From Lytechinus pictus (Eukaryota), in the NCBI RefSeq assembly GCF_037042905.1, contig NC_087245.1, positions 22,756,001 to 22,820,000 on the forward strand: 64,000 nucleotides of DNA. The letters run 5' to 3'. Position 1 is the stretch's first letter; every line of letters starts with the position of its first letter. Under the pieces are notes generated by a model that searched no databases, was not told the origin of the DNA, and was given only the letters and a program-made list of their open reading frames with translations. Shown here one piece after another: positions 53,597-64,000 of the stretch. Both the position numbers and the translations under genes were made by a program.

Positions 53597-56500
53597 TGAC
53601 AGCAAATAAAAGTCAGTGAAAAAACTGACAAAACCTTTCATGAAACACTCCCCTGAAATATGACGTTGTTTTACTTACCATTTGAGGTTTATTAGTCTTC
53701 AGCCTGACCTACGGAACGATAGACAGCCGTCTGCTGGGTGGGCGGGACACTGGACTATTGGCAGGCGATGAGGATGCAGAAAAGCTGATTGGTTGATATA
53801 GTGGCTAAGTTTACACAGAGGCAGCACAGGAGAGGCATTACCCCCTGGGTGTGAAGGCATCGATGATCTCCCATCAGAGACACCTGTAAACAATGAGATT
53901 TAAGGAAAGAAAAATTTTCACTGACAAACGTTAAAGCTACAGGACATTTATGCATTTGATTGGCTAAATGCAAATTAAAGACAGTGAAAATCACAGACAA
54001 AAGCTTTCATGAAACACTCTCCTAAAATAGGATGTAGTTTAATACTTACCACCTGAAATTATAGATCTTTAGCCAGACCTGGGGATCAATAGACATAGAC
54101 AGCCGTCTGCTGGCTGGGTGGGCGGGGCACTGGACTATGGGTGGGTAATGAGAATGCAGAGAAGCTGATTGGTTGGCTGGTATAGTTGCTATGGCTGTCT
54201 ACCGAGGGAAGACAGGGGAGGGGCCACACCTGCGGGTAAGGGGGCATTGATGATCACCTGTCAGAGACACCTGGCAACCAATGAATGTAGAAGGTTGGTC
54301 ATTAAAGTGAATTATAATATACAAGAAACTCTATGATTTTACTTCTTAATTTGGTTGTACACACATCACTTGTCCTCCAACTTTATATCTATATGATTTG
54401 TTGATTTTCTTTGATAATCTTGATTCGAGTATTTCTTTTTTTTTAAACCAAAGTTTGAAATTCAAATGAAGCAATGTTCTAAAGCTAGCTCACCTACAGA
54501 TACTTAAAATCATATGAATTGACATTATTTAAATATTTATACAATTTTTATGACAAAATTATCCTTGCGTCCCTGATGCTACGTTCGGGCGCTACAGTGA
54601 TAAAAATACAGTGGTTGTTCTCCTAGTCATATATTCTTTGAAAGAGATTAATAATCTAGAATGAGATCTTTAAATTGCTGAAAAGTATGCCAATCAGTTT
54701 CTGTAATGTCTGCTTTTGAAAAGCAAGCCGTTCTTGCGGGATCCAGTAAGAAATCATTAATCGTTGACCGATAAATATTACATGCAATAAGTTACAATAA
54801 CTCCCTACCTCTTGTAAATTTTATTGTATTTGCCAAAGAAGTTAACACTAAAAACAATAAGAGAATTTTCAGAATACCTTTTATCTCGATATGTTATCCT
54901 GTGCAAAGAGAAATTTATGCTTTGCGCATACAACATCCAAGGTATCACGAAGCCTGCTATCCGCCGTCTAGCATTATTATCTAGAATTACACGGTAATAG
55001 TAAACTAAATTCACGGGGCGTTTTTCTTTTTGGAGAAGGTAACAACATGTAAGAAACTAGGAAACGGAGACATCATGAGTAAAAAGAAGCCAGTAAAGAA
55101 GACTACTGAGAATACCTTGGATGTGATACCTTGGATGTTGTCTCGTAGAACCTTGGCGATGACGCTTGGCATATCTAGCTATGACATCATGCGCCCTCAG
55201 TGAAAGTTACAAGAAATGTTACAAGTATGGTTTTAAAAGATTTCACAGTATATAAATTTTATTGTAACAGTGAAGATACAAGAAAATTTGTCTTATTGAA
55301 ATTTTTTTTTTTTCAGAATACTGTCCTAGGAATGTAAAGAAGTTTATTGCAAATGTCTTGTTCCCATACCGATACACAAAATGAGAAAAGGTACGGGATA
55401 TGTTTAATGCATTACTTGGAATAACACAACTTTTATTTGTAATGATAGATGGTATGGGTGAGGGACAAAAGAAAAAAAATGCATTCACCCTGGATTGAAC
55501 CAAGGGTCTTGAATGATATTTATTGCTTTACCTATAAACTAAGATATTTACCATATAGTCTTAGGTTCTTATTTCACTAAGTGCTCTGTGTGAATTGTGC
55601 AAGCAATTTTTTTTATGAACCAGCAAACCGAATATTCAAGCACATACTAAACAAAAATTGTCTTTTTTTTAAGAATTATTTGTTGCGTCTCTAAAAAAAT
55701 ATTCACATGCATAATCCAAGGACAATCCACTAAAAGAACGGTATTTAAAACCTAATTTGAATTAGCAAAATATTTAAAAGCATGTATTTCAGAGACATAT
55801 TTTGACATCACAAGCCTGCTGGCTGTAAAATTGTCACCAGGGTCCCGTAATACAAAGGTAAGCAATTAATCATACACTTGATTTTCATGATTGATTGTAC
55901 ATTGTAGTCAATGAAATTAATTGGGGAAAAATGTTTTACGATCATTGCTAAGCTTTGTGTTACGGGTCCCAGATCAAATAAAATACTAGACAGGAATAAC
56001 CATCGTTTCTGGGGATTTATTCAACAATTTCTGACATTTTACTGTAATCCCCATTTGGAGCCAACGTAGTTCAGCGGAACAACCAAAATACAGAGACTGA
56101 AGCTTTTGGTCTAATAAAATACATGCTCTTGACTTACATTCTTAACTTAAGTCAACAAGTACTTTTATAGTCCATCTCCGTAGCCTCTGATTTGCAAGGT
56201 CGATAGGTCTTTTATGCTTGAAAACATGACTGAGAGGTCAGAATCGGTTCGTCTTGGTTTGTCCCTCTTCTACTAGCATTCTCTCCCTAGCTATAACAGC
56301 TACAGCTAAAAAGACACAAATGCAGTGAAATGATTGATGGTAATATGCTGAAAAATATAAACATTTTCACAAATTAGTCACCAACTAATAATAATAACAC
56401 AATAGGCAAAATATTCATGATTGTTGTATATTTAATATGATTGTAGGATGGGGGGTTGGGTGTCTGGACACGTAACAGAAATGAAGCCTTGTTATTATCT

Positions 56501-57465
56501 CAGGAATAAACCAAAAATATACGGTAGGTTGAATAGTTTTTTTTCACCATCAATATTTGTTCTTTATATTTTCTTATATTCTGTGCTAAAAAGAATTAAA
56601 GACATTGCTTGTAAACTTTTCACAATTGAGAGTAAAAGTAATGTGTCCGGACACCCAACCCGTCCGGACACACAACCAATGGGTATATGGCAGTGTGTCC
56701 AAACTTCGCGCGTGTCCATACTTCGCGGACGGTCCTTATCTAAAAAACTAGCCAATATCCTTAAAATCTGACATCAACGTGAAAAGCGACCTAAAATTAC
56801 CCTGTAATGAAAACTTCTTTAGGATGAGTTCAGTATTCATGAAAATATTGGCAAAAGATCGGCAAATTTGTCACCGCTAGTGCCCGTTTTGAAGAAATCA
56901 ACAAGCATCACGATATCACCATTTTGCAAGCGGAAATCATCAAAAATGTGAGTTAAATGTGGTACTAACCGATTCCATAGCATTTTGCCATCAATCTGAT
57001 ATAAATATTTCACTTTTTAAGCTTGAGTTTTTGTTTAAATCTCCACAAAAGCTTTGGTGCGCGAAGTTAGGTCACACTTTTCTGAACGGTTTTCCAGCAC
57101 AGCCCGCATTTGCCGATCGGAATAGAATTTTGAGATCGCGATACTGGCGAAACCCCTTGACCTACTTAACATTTTCGTCCATGATTTTATAGTTTACGAT
57201 CTTGCCGTCAATGTGGTAACTATTTCTTGAATTGGTTTTGTATAAATTATGAATATTTTGTGAACAAAATTAAGCCTGATGAATATTTTTGAAAAGTGCG
57301 CGAAGTTTGGACACCCCATCATACATAATGTTCAATGCCATCATGTGAAAAAAACTACCCTATCACCAAGCACTAAAGCTGGGTTTTATAGGGGCCCAGA
57401 TTAGAAAGTAGCAAAATCCTCAAGAAAAGGTGTTTCCTCTGGCCAAAAATGTTGCGAGGAAAAAC
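53597..57465. repeat. Diverged 7th unit of the 4.2-kb array with private insertions
   Basis: Same cassette order as units 1-6, offset 8000 bp from unit 6. Extra segments at ~54930-55172 and 55987-56113, and a different element at ~56450-57320. Confidence 0.92.
55987..56113. mobile_element. Short TAGAC...GTCTA element with 9-bp TSD
   Basis: ataaaatac flanks both sides, whereas units 1-6 have a single copy (empty site). A second, interrupted copy lies at ~57686-57830. Confidence 0.75.
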
Positions 57466-58151
57466 TCATTAACAAAAATACAGTTTACAAATAGGGAGCC
57501 AACGAAATTGATGCAATGAAATAAACATTTCTTTTGTGCAGACTGCAGTGCAGTGTCAACCAGATTTGACAAAAGCAGGCCAGGCTTGCTTGACCATATT
57601 TTTTAATTAGGAAAAGATAACCTTCATTGTTCATCAACCATTCATTGACATGTCATGGTTACATTCACTCATTTTAATGAAAATACTAGACAGGAATCAT
57701 GGGAATAACCGTCGTTTCTGGGGATTTATTCAACAATTTCTGACATTTTACTGTAATCCCCATTGGTGAGTGGAGCCAACGTAGTTCAGCCGAACAACCC
57801 AAATTAAATACAGAGACTGAATGAAGCTTGACGTATAGTGAGTGATGGTATTACCGACCGGCCTTGTATTACCGAACGCGCACGTCATATGCGTCAGAAA
57901 ATAATCAAATATGCTCAAACCTTTGCTACATCCTTCCAAAGGGAAATTGAATAGAAAAATTATTAAAAATTATCAAAAACACAATTTCGAAGTCTTTATA
58001 TCCTAAAACAATAAAATATGGTCAAAATAGCTCATCAGTGACTTTGTTGTTTTCCTAACTTTTCCCATAGAAAACACACGTTTGGTAATACGATACCTTT
58101 TTCAAGTGACCAAAATATTTCACTTGCGAAGAGAGGTCCGATTGGAAGCTG

Positions 58152-58297
58152 GGGAGCGTTTCATCAACATTTTTGTCCAACAAGTTGTCAGATCTGACAT
58201 CTTTCCTTGATTCTGATTGGCTGAGAGGTACTGTTACTATGGTAATTGTCGGATAAAACAGAACTTGTCGGACAAAGTCCCTTCATGAAACGCTCCC
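58152..58297. mobile_element. Harbinger-type MITE
   Basis: CTG|gggagcgtttcat ... atgaaacgctccc|CTG. Related copy at ~61690-61845. Confidence 0.88.
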
Positions 58298-59073
58298 CTG
58301 ATGTCGAAAAACGAAAAACAATTTCGGCAAAATTTCCGCATATTTATATTTTGTAGGTATTTGTGTATTTATGGTGAAAGTTTTGTGAATTTTAATATTG
58401 GAATAATGTGTTTGATATGATCAAATTCATGAAAAGTGTTCGGTAATACGATCCACTACCGGTACCATACCTCATGCTGATCCCTGTATTCTGTAACAGC
58501 CTGGGCTTCTCCCAACATGAAATCCAATGACTGTTGAACGCTGAGTGTAGGGCAGAGTCGTGATGACCGGTCCACACTCACACTGTCACAGTGACTGATG
58601 CTGCTGGTCAGCATCGGCTCGATTTCTCCTACCCAGGGAGCGCTCCCTGGGTACCGGTAGGCGGTACTCTCCCAGACCGGTGGACCACCAAAATTAAGAA
58701 ATACATTAGAAATTCGCAGATACAAAGACTGACCATCAATCATATTTAAGAACTAAATTTCCTCAAAAATGTTTTATTCACGAAGTAGGACAATGGGAAC
58801 AGATTATACAGCAGGATATCTCAATATTCTTGACTGAATTTATCAGCCTGTTACTGTTAGTGTTGTCTTGACTTTCTGATCAGTAGTTGCGTGCGCGCTG
58901 CCATTTTGTTCTGTCCGTTTGCAACTTTTAGTTACTCTGCTACAGTTGCGCAGCGAGATAAGGGTCGCAAATAGATGAAACAAATTGCAAAGGGATTATG
59001 ACGTTATGGGCCGATAAAAAAATTGAAGCAAAAAAAAAATCGAGATATTTATCCTATTCAGTATTCTTATTTC

Positions 59074-59367
59074 CAGGGGCGGATCCAGCTTTTTATAAAG
59101 GGGGGGGGGGGTTGGGGTGCTATGCGAGGGAGCGTAGCGACCGAGTCCAAGCGAGCGGAGCGAGCGAGGGGGGAGGGTGTGGGAGGGGGGTGTCCCCCCT
59201 CCCACAGTAGGGAAAATTTTTGAAAAATAAATACATAGAAATAGAATAAAATAAAATTACAAGTTTAAAAAAAAGATAAGATTTAAAACAATGGTCCCCG
59301 GATTTTTTTTTTTGGGGGGGGGGGGGGGGTTGCAACCCCCCCAACCCCCCCTCTAGATCCGCTTCTG
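59074..59367. mobile_element. hAT-like GC-rich MITE
   Basis: caggggcggatccag ... ctagatccgcttctg. Same terminal class as 9589-9863. Confidence 0.75.
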
Positions 59368-59412
59368 ATTTCCATAGCTCTACTTTGGTTGAATAGTAAA
59401 GTTTTCAAATAC

Positions 59413-59756
59413 CAGGCTTCCAAGCTTTTCAAGAAAACAAATTCCCTGATTTTCCCTGATGAAGTTTAACAATTCCCTGATAATTCCCAGTTTCGCATGT
59501 AGTTGTAGCAGTGGATTACATGAAAAAAACCCCACCCTAACCAGTCATTCAAAGGATGTTGTTTTGATGCAACAAAATAAACACAGTCTGACTGACTACC
59601 ATACTTTCGATTTCTGGGCCGATCAAAATTCCCTGATTTCCCCCTCATTTGAGGCATTTTCCCCTGATTTCATGCATTAAAAAAAAAATCAAATTCCCTG
59701 ATTTTTCCCTGACTGGAAAAAGGAAAATAATTTTCCCTGATGGGCTAGGAACCCTG
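59413..59756. mobile_element. MITE with TTCCCTGA subterminal repeats
   Basis: caggcttcca ... taggaaccctg termini with repeated ttccctga. Confidence 0.65.
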
Positions 59757-61926
59757 AATACAGTATCCTGTGAAAGTTTTGACATCTAGATCTGGGTTTG
59801 AAATAATAAAGGTCTTTTTAAATTGGTTTATACAGTCCTTTGTGACACAGAATTTTCTAATGCATTTCTTCATTCTATCGGTCCACTGGTCTCTGCAAAA
59901 AAAATCGCTGGCAGTCACTGGTACAAAAGAACCCATAATGATCGATCATCTCTGGCTGATAACGACCAGCTCGTCCTGGGCCTGTACTTGTCCTTCCTGT
60001 ATTTAAAAAAAATCAAAATACTTTTCAAGTGTTATATCAAGCATTCACAGCACAACTATTACGCAAAGCAAAGGTGTATGCTTTTGTCATAATGGTGAAC
60101 ATTTTTTGTCTGACTTTCATTATAAAAATATGGAATATTCTACATAAATCTGACCCATAAACTCATGATAGATGCAGTATGTATCATGGAAGTATTAACG
60201 CTGGTGTAGAAACCCCTGTGAAGTGGTAGATTGACAATGATCGATATACCACAATGTCATTTATAAACACTATCCATACAAATAATAATATCAATGGGTA
60301 AGAGTCACTTCACGGTTGCTTTATCACTTCAGTTTTTCAGTGTGCCTATTTTTATCTTATTGATCTCATACATTCTTTTGATGTATTTGTTTTAAAAAAC
60401 AGAGCATGATTTAATTATTTATTACGCCTTATTCTACCATGGTGACTCCGTCTGAGGGTCAGACACTGTTATACTTAGAGGCCCTGGAATATAATAACAG
60501 GGGTGTGAGTGGTCACAAATATAAAGATATGATAAATTAAAGCTGAAGAGTATTGAGAAAGTTTGAAATAGAAAGAGCTCCCATACTTTTTGTACAGAGG
60601 AGAGCCAAAAATAAGCTGAAATTAAATTGAAAATCAAATTTAAAAAATCTGAAATCAGCTAAAAATCTGAACTCTCACACCCCTGATAATAACGAAAAAG
60701 AAAGAAATACAATAACAGAACATGTACATGAAACTTATTGGCAACTACATTGTAGTTCTTTAGAGTGGAGTCAGCAACCGCATGGTGTCTGGCACATGAA
60801 ATCGTTGATCGAGGCATAGCCACTGATTTACTATTATAATAACGATGATAACTTCATTTTGAGACTTGAATGACGATTTTATCAATGTTTTGACTTTTTA
60901 CCAAACAGGTCGATCTCAAATCTGAAATACATTGCTTTCAATATAATTCTTAATCTTGGAATATGGATATATTTTTTAACGTCCTGTCCATAATATCCAC
61001 CATTTTATGAAATATCCGTCATGCCCAGTTCTGGTGGAACGTCGCCTAAAAGGTCAAAGCAAAATCGATAACACAGTGAAATTTTATGCTGAAGGGGACA
61101 TTCTACCAAACAGGAAGAGAATGGCCGTACGAGACTGCACATAAAGAGATAAGCATCTTCATGACGCATCTTGAAATGAAAAAAATATATAAATTTGATA
61201 ATTGCACCAAGGCCCAATCGATTGAAATATAAAATCTTTACATATTTATTGACAAGGAATGTGATCCTATAGGAACTCTTCAGAGAAATCTTAATCACAA
61301 AGAACAGTATCCCAGGTGCAATTGTCTAAGAATTCATAGTAACGATGGGCCTCCTAATGAAAATACAATTTATGACAACATATTTTGTCGAATTGTAAAG
61401 ACGCCTGTAGGCCTTGATCGCATTTTTGAACTGAGGACAGCCATGCTGGATACAGAGGTCTAAAAGTACTTTTACGTTCGTTAAACCCAAGATGGCATGG
61501 GCTAAAGCCAATCCATGCCCTCAAATCAGTAGTAGTAGTAGTAGGAAATTCATAGACTTGTCTTTTTTCATTTACTATACTGAAATTTGCATATTTATTA
61601 TGATACTTCCGTTTAATATGCTTAATCTAGGTATTATTTGAATTTGTCTTTCTCTTCATTTATCTGGTTTAATTTATCATAAGACCTCATGAGTGTTTCA
61701 TTAAGATTTTTGTCTGACAAGACGTCAGATCTGACATTTTATATTGATTCTGATTGGCTTAGAAGCACGTTTCCTATGGTAACTGTCAGATAATATTGGA
61801 CTTGCCGATAAAACGTCCGACAAGTCCTTTCATGAAACGCTCCCCTGGCAGGTATATTCTTCACAACTAAATTTATAGGTACTTGTAACACACTTTGATT
61901 TGTTTTGTTTAGATTACATATTTACT

Positions 61927-62301
61927 TAGGGTTCCTACAGAAATTCGAAAACAGAATTCGATGACTTTTCCTTGACTAAATTGCTGCTTTCCATGACTTC
62001 CTTTCAGGCACGGTTTCCAAAATCAGACACGTTATGATGGCTTCCACCTCCCCTCACAACCATCCGTTCAACCCACTATCTTAAATACTCATGACATGTA
62101 CATCTAATATCATTAATATATGGGCCATTTCTGACCAAGGTACCATGAGAATTGCGAGACACGACAAACTGGAAAGCTGCCATAGCCAAGAGGTAAATGC
62201 AATTCCATGACTTTTAACAAATTTTCCAAATTCCCTGACTTTTCCTTGACTTTCCATGACCACAAATTTTTCCAGGGTTTTCCATGACTGTGGGGACCCT
62301 G
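61927..62301. mobile_element. MITE with TTCCATGAC repeats
   Basis: tagggttcctacag ... ctgtggggaccctg termini with repeated ttcc(a/t/c)tgact. Confidence 0.7.
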
Positions 62302-62454
62302 ATATTTTTCAATTTTTCTTTGTTTTTGTACATTTTGTCTAAAGTTTAGGCCAATTTAATTAGTGAGTAGGGATCATCTTTGCTGGATTTTCCAAAAGTC
62401 TGTTGTAGTAGTAATCATAAAGGTCATTGTCCACACTGTGTATTAAAACACTTT

Positions 62455-62767
62455 GGCCCGTATTCTGAAGTCGGGTTTAACTTAAACTTAGGTTTAAAGT
62501 TGTGGTTTAAGCATGGACAGCCAATTGCTACATAAATATTTCAGCTCATTTGGCTCTATAATATTTCAGCTCATTTGGCTCTCAAATCATTCATGATTGT
62601 GTAGGAAGTATAAATAAATGACCGTCTTCACCATCGATGAATCAGTAAGAGCACAGTAAAAATAAGAAACATACAACTTAATACATTTTTGAAACGTTTG
62701 GCTTTCCATAATTTCAGCACAGAGTTAGACCGTGGTCTAAGTTAAACCTGACTTCAGAATACTGGCC
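62455..62767. mobile_element. Harbinger-type MITE
   Basis: ggcccgtattctgaagtcgggtttaacttaaac / gtctaagttaaacctgacttcagaatactggcc. Confidence 0.85.
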
Positions 62768-63500
62768 TTCGTTCTTGGTTAAGATTTCAATGTGACAACA
62801 TGGTCAAAGTTTATTAACCCAAAATGACATTTGACCACGATCATGTGCCGTGAAACTCGTGCAAGATGGTATCCCATTGAACTTACATCCAAGTTTTTTT
62901 TAAATAGATCCTTATACTTTCAAAAATTTAGCTTTCCAAAAACTCAACCATGGTTAAGATTTCAAAGTAAAAAAAGCAGTACCTACATCGAGGATTTGCT
63001 TTTACTATGCAGGCGAAACAAAAATGACAAATCATATATCAATATAATTACTACCTATAATGGAACCTTATTCAACAGGGTGAAAAATGTATGATGGTCT
63101 GCAGTTGTGGCATAGCTAGGATCGGAGTAGGGACCACTTGACTTTCAGGTGGTGAAAAGTAGGGCAAATTTGAAAACAAAAATAATATTAAAAAACAACA
63201 ACTGAACTTGAAAGTTCAAACTGTTGAACATCCAAAGATGCCACAAAGCCAAGAAGCAGAAAGCGGTACAACTTTGAATTTGTATGTTTTTAAATAAATT
63301 AATTAATACTACTAATAATAATATTCCGCTATTATATAGTGCGTCCCAGAAAAAACAAAACCGATTTTTTTTTTTCATTTTAGTTACTTTATATAGGAAT
63401 GTATAAACAAATAACATGACAAAGAGGTCCCCTACTGCCTCATAAAGAAAAAATAAGTAAATAAAAATAAAATACAATAAACTTTACGAAAACAGATGAA

Positions 63501-64000
63501 CAGTGCGTCCCAGAAAAACGAAACCGAGATTATGCGATGATTTATCATAATTTAATCACAAATACAATAGACAAATGACCTATCAATGTAAAGCTTCGAA
63601 TCTCCTCTTTCATCTGATACTACTTAGATTATTCCCCATTCACGCATGAGTGAGCAAAAACAATTTGAAGAAAGGATACCAAAAACTCATTTGGCGGGGG
63701 GTGTCTGAATTTCAAAAAGAAAATCACATGCCTAAAAATTCGATATCTGCTCTTTTATTTGATACCTTAATCACAGAAAATGGTCAAGAAGTAAAAAAGT
63801 TATGTTCCCTCGAAACAATGCTTGTATTTCCATAATTTCAATATTTAAATAAACGTGTTTCAGCATTTTCCCACAGAAGCTATCGCACGGTTAACACAAG
63901 ACTTAATGCATGGCTGATCGTCAACAAAACGGAGTGTCGAGTGAGTTTGAACGCTAGCCTGTACTACCTCTTCATTTTATGAAATTATTGAAATTTAAGC
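63501..64000. mobile_element. Tc1/mariner-type element, left end (continues beyond window)
   Basis: cagtgcgtcccagaaaaacgaaaccga terminus resembles the 7601 TIR. A short extra copy of the terminus lies at ~63337. Confidence 0.6.

Larger units (their letters stand above)
22127..56305 (-). ncRNA. Putative spliced long non-coding RNA (or decayed gene) built from repeated exon triplets B-A-A'
   Basis: About 22 exon-like cassettes on the minus strand with pyrimidine-AG acceptors and GTAAGT donors retained across copies. The triplet sums to 571 nt (not a multiple of 3). A and B have stops in all three frames. No expression data. Confidence 0.5.

Overview
AT-rich eukaryotic (animal) DNA with no intact protein-coding gene that I can support. 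The poly-G tracts, MITE families and CR1/L2 relics look like a marine invertebrate, probably an echinoid; this is inference. The flanks (1-22 kb, 57.5-64 kb) are a mosaic of nested MITEs and decayed LINEs. The dominant structure is a ~4.22-kb tandem array: about 6.2 near-identical units at ~22.1-48.5 kb, plus a diverged 7th unit at ~53.6-57.5 kb. A ~5.1-kb foreign block ending in a frameshifted, 3'-truncated piggyBac transposase separates the two parts. Every unit carries three minus-strand exon-like cassettes with conserved AG acceptors and GTAAGT donors (155, 211 and 205 nt; not frame-preserving, two closed in all frames), a degenerate tRNA-like Pol III cassette and nested MITEs. The best candidate for something undescribed is a repeat-amplified, multi-exon non-coding transcript (~22 exon copies) with a piggyBac relic lying antisense inside it.
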